12,324 nucleotides of DNA from Gemmatimonadota bacterium (GCA_040905425.1 JBBDRO010000081.1:19598-31921); one strand, 5' to 3'. Positions 1 to 8,886 are shown, counted from the first letter of the stretch. A program made the numbers and translations. The notes: generated from the sequence alone by a model not told the origin.

Positions 1-48
1 GCGCGCCGTGCCATGACGCCGGTGAACCCCAGCGGAGTCCACAGTTGA
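1..48 (+). CDS. 3' end of an upstream gene, product unknown (partial)
   Basis: Frame 1 is open from base 1 (ARRAMTPVNPSGVHS) to TGA at 46-48. This stop overlaps the TTG start of lepB in a TTGA arrangement typical of coupled genes. Too short to identify. Confidence 0.3.
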   Translation, partial: ARRAMTPVNPSGVHS

Positions 49-800
49 GCCGATCCAAGCCCGTGCAGCCAGAAGCTGCCGAGAGCGGCACCAAGCAGCC
101 GTCCGCGGAGCCGCCCTCCATGCGCCGTACGCTAGTGGAATGGACCAAGTCCATTGCCGTGGCGTTCGTGCTGCTGGTGATCATCAAGACGTTCATCTTC
201 CAGATGTTCACCATCACCTCCGGATCCATGGAGGGCACGCTGCTGGTGGGTGACTTCCTGGCGGTGAGCAAGTCCGCCTACGGTGCCACCGTTCCCGGCA
301 CGGGTGTCCAGTTCCCCGGCTACAGCGAGCCGGACCGCGGGGACGTCATTGTCTTCCGCGGCCATCACGAACCCATCGACCTCGTGAAGCGGCTGGTAGG
401 CATGCCCGGGGACACACTCGAGATGCGCCGTGGCGTGCTGCACGTGAACGGTGAGGCGCAGGAAGAGCCGTACGTCCGCCACACCGTGCCGGACAGTGAC
501 ACGAGCCACGCCTGGATGCGCTGGCAGCGGGATTATCTCATCGGGCAGGCCGCGGAGAACGCCAGCAGCTACTTCCCCACGCGGGACAACTGGGGACCTA
601 TCGTGGTGCCGGCGAACCGCTATTTCGTCATGGGAGACAACCGTGACGAGAGTCTGGACTCGCGCTACTGGGGCTTCGTGCCGCCCGAGTCCATCAAGGG
701 CAAGGCCGTCTTCCTGTACTTCTCCTACGACCGGAGCAGCGCCGGCTTCCCGGTGCTGGGCTCCATCCGCTGGGACCGGCTGGGCACCCTGCTACGCTGA
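45..800 (+). CDS. lepB: Signal peptidase I (S26)
   Basis: One N-terminal TM helix (IAVAFVLLVII), catalytic Ser box (ITSGSMEGTL), box C (RGDVIVF), catalytic Lys (LVKRLVGMPGD) and box E (GDNRDESLDSR). GGAG lies just upstream of the TTG start. Confidence 0.96.
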   Translation: MSRSKPVQPEAAESGTKQPSAEPPSMRRTLVEWTKSIAVAFVLLVIIKTFIFQMFTITSGSMEGTLLVGDFLAVSKSAYGATVPGTGVQFPGYSEPDRGDVIVFRGHHEPIDLVKRLVGMPGDTLEMRRGVLHVNGEAQEEPYVRHTVPDSDTSHAWMRWQRDYLIGQAAENASSYFPTRDNWGPIVVPANRYFVMGDNRDESLDSRYWGFVPPESIKGKAVFLYFSYDRSSAGFPVLGSIRWDRLGTLLR

Positions 801-822
801 CACGGCCGGCGCCACGCGCGCG

Positions 823-1217
823 CTATCCCGCCCGCAGCCAGAGCGTGAACACCGAACCCTCCCCGAGCTGACTCCGCACGGTCACGTGGCCGCCCATGAG
901 GCGGGCCAGGCGGCGGCTGATCGTGAGTCCCAGGCCGGTGCCGCCCACCTTGCGGGTGTTGGCGTTGTCCACCTGCACGAACGGCTGGAAGATGCGCTCG
1001 AGCTGGTCAGCGGCCACCACAGGAACATGGGGTAGCGGGAGTTGAGCAGGGTGGATACGGTGGTGCGCAGGCTGTGCGACCTCGTCTCCACGGGCCCGAG
1101 CGGCGTGGCGGCCCAGTCCAGTGCGCGGCATAGCTTGCCCATCTCCCCGCCTCCGGTGAATACCGAGTCGGGGGATTCGTCCAACTGCTCGAGAATGTCG
1201 GCGTCGGCCGGAGTCAT
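823..1217 (-). pseudogene. Internally deleted sensor histidine kinase remnant (N-terminal pre-PAS segment fused out of frame to the HATPase_c C-terminus)
   Basis: From ATG 1217, 68 codons read MTPAD...GGGEMGKLCRALDWAATPLGPVETRSHSLRTTVSTLLNSRYPMFLWW, the typical N-terminus of many PAS sensor kinases. At ~1014-1017 the coding signal jumps frame to VAADQLERIFQPFVQVDNANTRKVGGTGLGLTISRRLARLMGGHVTVRSQLGEGSVFTLWL (F box, G2 and G3 boxes), with stop at 823-825. PAS core, HisKA and N/G1 boxes are absent. Confidence 0.85.
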
Positions 1218-1275
1218 GCTGCACGCTCGGGTCGGATGGTCCCATTGGCTCGCGCACGGGCCGTGCCCGGGCCAC

Positions 1276-1283
1276 ATTATATT
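1276..1283. promoter_or_regulatory. Overlapping divergent -10-like hexamers between the kinase remnant and the DUF885 gene
   Basis: Only AT-rich patch in the intergenic region. TATAAT reads on the minus strand (1281-1276) and TATATT on the plus strand (1278-1283). No convincing -35 for either. Confidence 0.4.
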
Positions 1284-1307
1284 TACATCCTTCCACTGGA
1301 GCCGTCG

Positions 1308-3128
1308 ATGTACGCACACCGCTTCGCCGCCGCCGGCCTCACGCTCGCCCTGCTGGGCGTGGCGCTCACCACGCCGGTGTCCGCGCAGGCCACGCGCCCG
1401 CAGTCGGGCAACGACCCGACCGTCCCGGACGCCGCCGAACTGGCCCGCCAGCAGGAGAGTACGCTGGCACCTCTGGTGGAGCGCTACACGACCGACCGCC
1501 GCGCCGTGCCGCGCCGCTACGACGCGGACTACTCCCCCGAGCGGCGTGCCCGGCTGCGGAGCTTCCTGGAGACGTGGCGCGCGGAGCTGACGGACGTCGC
1601 TTTCCAGAAACTGGGGCGGGAAAGCCAGATCGATCATGTGCTCCTGGACAGCGAGCTGCGCTACGAGCTGGCACTGCTGGACCGGGAGGAGCGCGAGTGG
1701 CGGGAGATGGCTCCCCTGCTACCGTTCGCCCCCGCGCTGATCACCCTGCAGGAGGAGCGGCGCGCCATGGCGCCGGTGGCGCCGCGCGAGACGGCCCGCC
1801 TGCTGACCGACGTGGCCGCGCAGGTGGACTCGCTGCGGGAGGAGCTGGAGCGGATGCCACGCGACGGGTCGGCGGCGGAGCGGCTGGGCACCACGCAGGT
1901 GATTGCCTTCCGCACGGCCAACACGGTGGAGGGGCTGCGCCGCATGCTCTCCCGCTGGCACGGCTACTACGCCGGCTACGACCCGCTCTACACGTGGTGG
2001 GTGCGGGAGCCGCACGAGCGCGCCGACGAGGCGCTGCAGGCGTACGCGCGCGCGATCCGCGAGCGGGTGGTGGGAATCCGCCAGGGTGAGGCCGAACCGA
2101 TCATTGCCGACCCCATCGGCGCTGCAGGCCTGGCCGCCGATCTCGAACACGAGATGATCCCCTACACGCCCCAGGAGCTCGTGGCCATTGCCGAGAAGGA
2201 GTTCGCGTGGTTGGACGAGCGCATGCTGGAGGCGTCACGCGAGCTGGGCTACGGGGCGGACTGGCACGCCGCGCTCGAGCACGTCAAGAACTTGTACGTG
2301 GAGCCCGGAGACCAGCCGGAGCTGATCCGGGAGATGGCGCTGGAGGCGGCGGAGTTCGTGAAGGCGCGGGACCTCCTCACCGTGCCGCCGCTCGCCGAGG
2401 AGATCTGGCGCATGGAGATGATGACGCCGGCGGCCCAGCTGACCAGTCCCTTCTTCCTGGGCGGCGAGGTCATCCGCGTGTCCTACCCCACGGACGCCAT
2501 GGCCCACGAGGACAAGCTCATGAGCCTGCGCGGCAACAACCCGCATTTCTCGCGGGCCGTCGTTCACCATGAGCTCATCCCGGGGCATCACCTGCAGGGC
2601 TTCATGAATGACCGCTACGCCACGCACCGCGGCCTCTTCCGCACCCCCTTCTGGACCGAGGGCTGGGCGCTCTACTGGGAGATGCGGCTCTGGGACATGG
2701 ACTTCCCGCGCGGCCCCGAGGATCGCATTGGCATGCTCTTCTGGCGTATGCATCGGGCGGCCCGGATCATGTTCTCGCTGAACGTGCACCTGGGCAACTG
2801 GACGCCGCAGGAGGCCATCGACTTCCTGGTGGAGCGCGTGGGCCACGAACGCGCCAACGCCGAGGCGGAGGTGAGGCGTTCCTTCAACGGCAGCTACCCG
2901 CCGCTCTACCAGGCCGCCTACATGCTGGGCGGCATGCAGTTCCGCGCGCTGCAGCGGGAGCTGGTGGAATCCGGCCGCATGAGCGAACGGGACTTCCACG
3001 ACGCCATCCTGCGCGGCGGCACCATGCCGGTAGAGATGGTGCGCGCGCGCCTGATACCGGAGGTGGAGCTGAGCCCGGGGCACCGGGGGGCGTGGCGCTT
3101 CGACGAGGCGGCGGCCTCGGGGCGGTAG
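1308..3128 (+). CDS. Secreted DUF885 family protein (putative zincin-like metallopeptidase), 606 aa
   Basis: GGAG at 1298-1301 precedes ATG 1308. Sec signal peptide MYAHRFAAAGLTLALLGVALTTPVSA|Q. DUF885-type motifs HHELIPGHHLQ, TEGWALYWE, RAARI and YQAAYMLG. Confidence 0.9.
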   Translation: MYAHRFAAAGLTLALLGVALTTPVSAQATRPQSGNDPTVPDAAELARQQESTLAPLVERYTTDRRAVPRRYDADYSPERRARLRSFLETWRAELTDVAFQKLGRESQIDHVLLDSELRYELALLDREEREWREMAPLLPFAPALITLQEERRAMAPVAPRETARLLTDVAAQVDSLREELERMPRDGSAAERLGTTQVIAFRTANTVEGLRRMLSRWHGYYAGYDPLYTWWVREPHERADEALQAYARAIRERVVGIRQGEAEPIIADPIGAAGLAADLEHEMIPYTPQELVAIAEKEFAWLDERMLEASRELGYGADWHAALEHVKNLYVEPGDQPELIREMALEAAEFVKARDLLTVPPLAEEIWRMEMMTPAAQLTSPFFLGGEVIRVSYPTDAMAHEDKLMSLRGNNPHFSRAVVHHELIPGHHLQGFMNDRYATHRGLFRTPFWTEGWALYWEMRLWDMDFPRGPEDRIGMLFWRMHRAARIMFSLNVHLGNWTPQEAIDFLVERVGHERANAEAEVRRSFNGSYPPLYQAAYMLGGMQFRALQRELVESGRMSERDFHDAILRGGTMPVEMVRARLIPEVELSPGHRGAWRFDEAAASGR

Positions 3129-3136
3129 GAGGGTGC

Positions 3137-3185
3137 CCCCTGCCAAACAGGCAGCCATCCGCCGCACCCCTGCCGTTCCGCCAGC
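3137..3185. promoter_or_regulatory. Tandem dyad sites (candidate enhancer/UAS for a sigma-54 activator)
   Basis: CCCCTGCC-AAACA-GGCAGC (3137-3155) and CCCCTGCC-GTTCC-GCCAGC (3167-3185), 30 bp apart. Each has a CTGCC-N5-GGCAG dyad core (one mismatch in the second copy). Confidence 0.5.
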
Positions 3186-3285
3186 ACTCCGCGACCCGGC
3201 GTGCAGACGCCCGCCGCTCCATATGCCCGCCGCGGAGGCCGCCCGCCCCACTCCCCCAACGCCTTCGCGGCCGGCGCCGCCGCGC

Positions 3286-3300
3286 TGGCAAGGATACTGC
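3286..3300 (+). promoter_or_regulatory. Candidate sigma-54 (-24/-12) promoter of lon
   Basis: TGGCAAGGATACTGC has GG and GC separated by exactly 10 bp, matching TGGCACG-N4-TTGC. It ends 75 bp before the lon ATG. Confidence 0.55.
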
Positions 3301-3375
3301 CCTCTTCAGGCGCTGGATTCGCGCGTACCCGCCACATCGTCGCACGGGTGCGCGCCTCGTAACCGAAGGAGTATC

Positions 3376-6012
3376 ATGCCCAAGCCAGAGACTCTGCCCG
3401 TCCTCCCCATGCGGGACACCGTCATATTCCCCGGCGTAGCCATCCCCATCAACGCCGGCCGCCCGGGCACCCTGGAAGCCATCAAGGCGGTGCTGGACGG
3501 AGACCGCCGCCTCTTCGCGGTCTGCCAGCGCGAGAACGTGGATGATGTGGAGCCGGCCAACCTCTACGAGACCGGCGTGATCGTCCACATCGTGCAGGTG
3601 CAGCGCGGCTCGGGCGGCCTGCAGCTGGTCATCCAGGGTGAATCGCGCGCGCGTGCCATGTCCTATGACACGGCTGGCGAGACCATGCTGCAGGCGGAGG
3701 TGGTGCCCGTCAGTGTGGACGAGCCCGACCTGGAGGAGGACCCCGCCCTCACCGCCCTGGATCGCGAACTGCGCGAGCGCTCCGCCGAGTTGGCCCGCCG
3801 CCGCGGCATGCCCGCCGAGGTGCTGGACCAGATCGTCCGCAACGTGGAGACGCCCGGCGCCTTCGCGGACCTGGTGGCCTTCTACCTGGACATGGAGTCC
3901 GAGGAGAAGCAGCAGCTGCTGGAGATGCTGAACGTCCCCGAGCGCATGCGCCGCGTGCTGGTGGGTGTGGAGCAGGACATCCTGCGGCTGGAAGCGCAGC
4001 AGGAGATCCAGGAGACGGTACAGAAGGAGCTGGGTGAGAAGCAGCGCGAGATGGTACTGCGCGAGCAGATGAAGGCCATCCAGAAGGAGCTGGGGGAGGA
4101 GGAGGGGGAGGACATCGAGGAGCTGCGCGAGCGCATCGAGGCGCTGGAGCTGCCCGACGCCGCCCGTAAGGAGATCTTCCGCGAGCTGGGGCGCCTGGAG
4201 CGCTCCAACCCGCAGTCCGCCGAGTATCAGGTGCTGCGCACCTACCTGGAGTGGGTGACCGAGCTGCCGTGGGGCGCGCGCACCGAGGACAAGATTGACC
4301 TGGACCAGGCCGAGGTCATCCTGGAGGAGGACCACTACGGGCTGGAGGACGTCAAGGACCGCGTGCTCGAGTTCCTGGCCGTGCGCAAGCTGCAGGCGGA
4401 ACGGGCGGCCGAGGAGGCCGAACTGGAAGCCGCGCAGGATGAGGCGCGCCTCAGGGGTGAGGACGTGATCGGGAGTATCCAAGCTGCGTCGCCTGAAAGC
4501 GACGATGGCGACGCCGACTCCTTGGCAGTCCCCGGGCCCAACGCCGCGGCCGACCACATGGACACGTCCGACGAGCACGATCCCGACGTGGATCCCCAGA
4601 CCCGCGAGAAGCGCGCTCGCGCGCGCGCCGTGGGGCGCGGGCCGATCCTGCTCTTCGTGGGTCCGCCGGGCGTGGGCAAGACGAGCATTGCCAAGTCGAT
4701 CGCGCGGGCGCTGGGGCGCAAGTACGTGCGCATGGCGCTGGGCGGTGCGCGCGACGAGGCGGACATCCGCGGCCACCGGCGCACCTACGTGGGCGCCATG
4801 GCCGGCCGCATTCTGCAGGGGCTGCGGCAGGCGGGGACCAAGAATCCCGTATTCCTGCTGGACGAGGTGGACAAGCTGGGTGTGTCGCTGCAGGGAGATC
4901 CCTCCGCGGCGCTGCTGGAGGTGCTGGACCCGGCGCAGAACCACTCCTTCACGGACCATTACCTGGGCGTCCCCTTCGATCTCTCGGAGGTGCTCTTCGT
5001 GGCCACCGCCAACTGGCGGGACCGCATCCCGGCGCCGCTGCTGGACCGCATGGAGACGGTGGACTTCAGCGGTTACACCGAGCAGGAGAAGCTGGAGATT
5101 GCCAAGCGCTACCTGCTGCCCCGGCAGCGTGAGGAGAGTGGCCTGAAGGTAGAGGCCTTCCAGGTGAGCGACGACGCCGTGCGGCGGATCATCAGCGAGT
5201 ACACCCGCGAGTCGGGCGTGCGGCAGCTCGAGCGCGAGCTGGGCAAGCTGGCCCGCAAGGCCGCGCGCAGGATCGCCACCAGCCCGGAGCTCGCGGCCGT
5301 CCATCTGGAAGCGGATGACGTCCAGCCGCTGCTCGGCCGCGCCCGCGTGCACCCCGAGCGGGCCGCGGTGGAGGACAAGGTGGGCGTGGCCACCGGCATG
5401 TACTACACGCCCATGGGGGGTGACATCATGTTCGTGGAGGCCAGCGTCTACCGGGACGCCAAGGACAACCTGATCCTCACCGGCCAGCTGGGTGACGTGA
5501 TGAAGGAGTCCGCGCGCGCCGCGCTGACGTACGCCAAGACGTACGCCAGCCGCCTGGGCATCGACCCCAGGACGCTCAAGGACGTGGAGCTGCACGTGCA
5601 CGTGCCGGCCGGTGCCGTCCCCAAGGACGGCCCCTCGGCGGGCGTGGGCATGGCCACCGCCATCGTCTCGGCGCTCTCCAACCGCCCCGCCCGGAACGAC
5701 GTGGCCATGACCGGGGAGATCACCCTGACCGGACGCGTGCTGCCGATCGGCGGCGTGAAGGAGAAGGTGCTGGGCGCCTACCGCGCCGGCATCCGCGAAA
5801 TCATCCTGCCCGCGGACAACGAGCCGCACCTGGATGACCTCCCGGAGGCCATGCGCAATGAGATGACCTTCCACCCCGTCTCGGAGCTGGGCCAGGTGCT
5901 GGCGCTGGCGCTGCGCGGCGCGGCGCTGGAGGAGGGGAGCATCGTCTACCCGGAGGGCATCGTACCGCCGGGCAGGGAGTTCGATGGCGGGGAGCCGCGG
6001 CTGCATCACTGA
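3376..6012 (+). CDS. lon: ATP-dependent Lon protease (endopeptidase La), 878 aa
   Basis: AAGGAG SD before ATG 3376. Lon N-domain ([14 protein letters not shown]), [18 protein letters not shown], Walker [20 protein letters not shown], Walker B LLDEVDK, catalytic Ser (PKDGPSAG) and Lys (IGGVKEK). Confidence 0.98.
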   Translation: MPKPETLPVLPMRDTVIFPGVAIPINAGRPGTLEAIKAVLDGDRRLFAVCQRENVDDVEPANLYETGVIVHIVQVQRGSGGLQLVIQGESRARAMSYDTAGETMLQAEVVPVSVDEPDLEEDPALTALDRELRERSAELARRRGMPAEVLDQIVRNVETPGAFADLVAFYLDMESEEKQQLLEMLNVPERMRRVLVGVEQDILRLEAQQEIQETVQKELGEKQREMVLREQMKAIQKELGEEEGEDIEELRERIEALELPDAARKEIFRELGRLERSNPQSAEYQVLRTYLEWVTELPWGARTEDKIDLDQAEVILEEDHYGLEDVKDRVLEFLAVRKLQAERAAEEAELEAAQDEARLRGEDVIGSIQAASPESDDGDADSLAVPGPNAAADHMDTSDEHDPDVDPQTREKRARARAVGRGPILLFVGPPGVGKTSIAKSIARALGRKYVRMALGGARDEADIRGHRRTYVGAMAGRILQGLRQAGTKNPVFLLDEVDKLGVSLQGDPSAALLEVLDPAQNHSFTDHYLGVPFDLSEVLFVATANWRDRIPAPLLDRMETVDFSGYTEQEKLEIAKRYLLPRQREESGLKVEAFQVSDDAVRRIISEYTRESGVRQLERELGKLARKAARRIATSPELAAVHLEADDVQPLLGRARVHPERAAVEDKVGVATGMYYTPMGGDIMFVEASVYRDAKDNLILTGQLGDVMKESARAALTYAKTYASRLGIDPRTLKDVELHVHVPAGAVPKDGPSAGVGMATAIVSALSNRPARNDVAMTGEITLTGRVLPIGGVKEKVLGAYRAGIREIILPADNEPHLDDLPEAMRNEMTFHPVSELGQVLALALRGAALEEGSIVYPEGIVPPGREFDGGEPRLHH

Positions 6013-6043
6013 GGTCCGAGCGGGAACCTGGCACGCCCTTCCC

Positions 6044-6085
6044 TTGTGGCCAAGCCCTCCTGAGGGCACCTTACTACAAGTAAGG
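6044..6085 (+). promoter_or_regulatory. Toxin-antitoxin promoter with palindromic operator
   Basis: TTGTGG (6044-6049), 17-bp spacer, CACCTT (6067-6072). A perfect inverted repeat CCTTACT-ACA-AGTAAGG (6069-6085) overlaps the -10/+1 region. A second dyad GCCCTC-CT-GAGGGC (6054-6067) lies in the spacer. Confidence 0.6.
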
Positions 6086-6104
6086 CGACTCTGAGAGGAT
6101 AACC

Positions 6105-6368
6105 ATGGAACGCGAGGTCACGCTCACCTCGAAGCGGCAGGCCACCTTCCCGGCCGCGCTGTGCCGGGAGCTCGGGATCCGGCCCGGTGACAAGCTGGTG
6201 CTCGAGCGGCGCGACATCGACGGTGCGCCGGCCTGGCTGCTGCGTAAACCGCGGCCGGACTGGTCGTGGGCGGGATCGCTCGGGTGTTACGCGGCGGGGC
6301 GGACGCACGACTGGGAGGCCATCGAACGGAGCATCGAGCGCGGGCGCACGGATGAGCCTGGGGCTTGA
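6105..6368 (+). CDS. AbrB/MazE/SpoVT family DNA-binding antitoxin (VapB-like), 87 aa
   Basis: GAGAGGA SD. N-terminal VTLTSKRQATFPAALCRELGIRPGDKLVLE matches the swapped-hairpin AbrB pattern. The gene overlaps a downstream PIN gene. Confidence 0.9.
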   Translation: MEREVTLTSKRQATFPAALCRELGIRPGDKLVLERRDIDGAPAWLLRKPRPDWSWAGSLGCYAAGRTHDWEAIERSIERGRTDEPGA

Positions 6369-6738
6369 CACCTCCGTCGTGGTGCGCCTGCTGGTGGGTG
6401 AGCCCGCATCCCAGTACAGATCGGCCAGGGAGCGGCTACAGCGTGCGCACGCGGAGGCGGAGCCCGTCCTGGTGACGGACCTGGTGGTGGTCGAGAGCTA
6501 CTTTGCGCTGCGCCACCATTACGGTGTTCCCGAAGAGGAAGCGCGGACGCGGCTGGCCCAACTGCTCTCCTCCGGCGTGGTGGATCCCTCCCCACCGGAC
6601 CTTGGCCGCGTGCTTGCGCTGGCAGCCCCGCCCGGGCTGGCCGACCACCTCATCCACCACCGCCACGCGCACCTGGACGCCACCACGGTGACGTTCGATC
6701 GGGTGCAGGCCGGGCTCGAGGCCACCGAACTGTTGTGA
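6352..6738 (+). CDS. vapC: PIN-domain toxin (VapC family), 128 aa
   Basis: ATG 6352 lies within the antitoxin 3' end (17-bp overlap). PIN acidic residues appear in GLDTSVVVRLL, LVVVESYFAL, GLADHLI and VTFDR. Confidence 0.88.
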   Translation: MSLGLDTSVVVRLLVGEPASQYRSARERLQRAHAEAEPVLVTDLVVVESYFALRHHYGVPEEEARTRLAQLLSSGVVDPSPPDLGRVLALAAPPGLADHLIHHRHAHLDATTVTFDRVQAGLEATELL

Positions 6739-7650
6739 GCACGGAACGGCCCCGCCGCGGCAGCTTGCCGGATCCCGTCCGGACCGATCCGCCTGACGCG
6801 TCCGGCCGGGACACCGCATCCCCCTTGTGCGTGACATGCGGTACGGCGCTCAGCGCCCGCTACTGCCACGCCTGCGGCGAGCGCGTCCTTACCCCGCGGG
6901 ACAACCGCCTCAGCGCCTTCCTCCGGGACGCGCTCGCGGGCGTACTCGACCTGGATTCGCGGCTGTGGCGGAGCTTTCGCGCGCTTGTGATGAAGCCGGG
7001 GCTGCTCACCGCCGAACATATCCGGGGCAGGCGACGCCCCTACCTCGGCTCCCTGCAGGTCTTTCTGCTGGCCAACCTGGCCTTCTTTGCCGTTCTCACG
7101 ACCATCGGCGGCTTCAACACCTTCACCACCCAGCTTCGCTACCATGTAGGCCAACCGGTCTACGGAGAAGTGGCGGAGCATCTCGTGGCACGCTCGGGCA
7201 CACCGGAGAGCCCGGAGCGCGCGGCCTAGGCGCCGCTTCGATGAAGCCACGGAGCGCTATGCCAATTCACTCGTGATCCTCATGGTGCAGCTGTTCGCGG
7301 TGTTGCTCTGGCTCCTGTACGGAGGGCGCAGGCCATTCGTGCACCACACCGTGATGGCGCTCCACTTCCACGCCTTCCTCCTGCTGGTGATGATCGGACT
7401 ACCGCTACTGATCCGGATGGCGGGCTGGGTGGCACCCGCCGCCGCGGTGCGGATGGAATCGGATCTCGTGCTGGCCGTGATCCTCACTGCGGGTCTCGGG
7501 TTCTACCTGGCCGCCGCGCTGCGGCGCGGCTTCGGCAACGGCGCGGCCGCCAGCCTGGTTCGTGGCCTCGCGGGTGTGGTGGCCTTCTTCGCGGTCCTCA
7601 CCATCTACCGCATGCTGCTCTTCTTTGCCGTCTACTTCACGCTGGATTGA
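6735..7650 (+). pseudogene. DUF3667-like zinc-ribbon membrane protein gene split by a frameshift/stop at ~7227-7230
   Basis: GTG start overlaps the vapC stop (GTGA). The 5' part has CVTCG...YCHACGE, LDSRLWRSFRALVMKPGLLT and GRRRPYLGSLQVFLLAN. After TAG (7227-7229) and one extra G, a shifted frame continues RRFDEATERYANSLVILMV... through several TM helices (HTVMALHFHAF) to TGA 7650. Confidence 0.75.
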
Positions 7651-7656
7651 GCGGGC

Positions 7657-8841
7657 TCATCCAGCACCGCCCCGCACCACCCGCCAGCGCACGATGGTGG
7701 GCACCCCCAGCTCATCCGTGCGGGTGCCCCACACGTGGTCCCCGTCGAGGGTGAGCAGCTCCGCATCCCCGGGCACGTCCACCACCGCGCTGCGGCCCGC
7801 CGGCTCCACCACGTCCCAGCGGCCGGTCTCCCGCTCCACCCAGACCACATCCCCCGCGGCCGCGCGCACGGTGCGGGCGAACGCGCCTGCCGGCCGGGTG
7901 GTGGTGGGCGGCTCGTAGGCGGGCGGGTCGAAGGCCTGGCGCACGGCCCGCTCCCAGGCGCCGCGACTGGTCACGCCCCGCTCGATCAATCCTGCACCCG
8001 GGCTGCGCTCACCATCTACCTGCCGCGCCACCCACGCGTCCACCTCCGATGAGGGTACCGGCACTGGATCATACCGGACGCTCGCGCGCCACAGCTCCGC
8101 CCCGTGCGGATTGAGCACCCGGACGTGGTAGGCGGCGCTGTCGGGATGCGTGGGTACGGGCCGCTCCAGCACCGCCAGTTGGGAGCCGTCCGGGGCCAGG
8201 GCCACCAGGTCGCCCGTCGGCCAGGGATTGCGCAGGTAGCTCTCCACGCCCGGCACCACCACGCGCACATTGCGGTCTCCCCAGCGCGTGTCCGCGAGCT
8301 GCGTATGCCTGAGCCCCTCCAGACGCTCGAAGGAGAAGACCGTGTGGGACGTATCCAGGACGGCCACCAGCGGCGCGCCATCGGCCAGCACACCGGCCAG
8401 CTCCCATTCCCCGTGCGGGAAGCGCGCGCGGGCCGCCTCCAGGTGCTCGGCCGTACCCACCACACGTCCGTCCACGAAGCGCGTGGTACGGTAGTGCCGC
8501 CCGTCCGCCACCCAGAGGGTGTCCCCCAGCAGGCCGATGGCCACCACGCGCCGGAACTCCCCCGGACCGTCTCCCTCCCCGCCCACACGGCCAAGGTAGC
8601 TGCCGGCCGTATCGAAGCGGAGCACGGCCGCCGTGCGGCCGTCCACCACGAGGAGCTGGCCGTGGCCGGTGGGCAGGATGAAATGGACGGCGGTCAGCGG
8701 TGCCTCGTCGCTTGGAGAAAAGACGCGCGCCTCGGCGAGCGTCCAGCGCTCGGCCTCAGTGGCTGTGTGCGCGGGCGGCCCCTCGGCGCACGCGGCCAGG
8801 GCCAGGCACGTCCAGGCGGCAAGCATCGGCTTCGGCTTCAT
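7657..8841 (-). CDS. Lipoprotein with NHL/6-bladed beta-propeller-like repeats, 394 aa
   Basis: GGAGG SD. Lipobox LAAC at residue 18. Propeller-type motifs VLRFDTAGSYLGRVGGEGDGPGEF and GDTLWVADG, with C-terminal DELGVPTIVRWRV. Confidence 0.82.
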   Translation of the reverse strand: MKPKPMLAAWTCLALAACAEGPPAHTATEAERWTLAEARVFSPSDEAPLTAVHFILPTGHGQLLVVDGRTAAVLRFDTAGSYLGRVGGEGDGPGEFRRVVAIGLLGDTLWVADGRHYRTTRFVDGRVVGTAEHLEAARARFPHGEWELAGVLADGAPLVAVLDTSHTVFSFERLEGLRHTQLADTRWGDRNVRVVVPGVESYLRNPWPTGDLVALAPDGSQLAVLERPVPTHPDSAAYHVRVLNPHGAELWRASVRYDPVPVPSSEVDAWVARQVDGERSPGAGLIERGVTSRGAWERAVRQAFDPPAYEPPTTTRPAGAFARTVRAAAGDVVWVERETGRWDVVEPAGRSAVVDVPGDAELLTLDGDHVWGTRTDELGVPTIVRWRVVRGGAG

Positions 8842-8886
8842 TGGCTACCTCCGTGCGGGCGCGGCGCGGGAACCGGCACGTGGACC

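Noticed and set aside
1236..1307. Longer starts for DUF885 (1236), csp (9058), vapC (6187) and the NTF2-like gene (9334)
   Set aside because: SD positions, signal peptides and family N-termini support 1308, 9109, 6352 and 9823 respectively.
3133..3375. 81-aa N-terminal extension of Lon in the ORF track
   Set aside because: Pro/Arg-rich translation of intergenic DNA. The strong AAGGAG SD and Lon homology both begin at ATG 3376.
6029..6043. TGGCACG sigma-54-like -24 box upstream of the TA pair
   Set aside because: No GC at the -12 position (reads CC). A sigma-70-like pair fits better.
2884..6069. 1061-aa minus-strand ORF (also 2235..3251, 9808..11406 and 11416..12144 on minus, and 8104..9051 on plus)
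   Set aside because: Antisense shadows of lon, DUF885, thiC and the lipoprotein gene, caused by high GC3 codon bias. No recognisable motifs.
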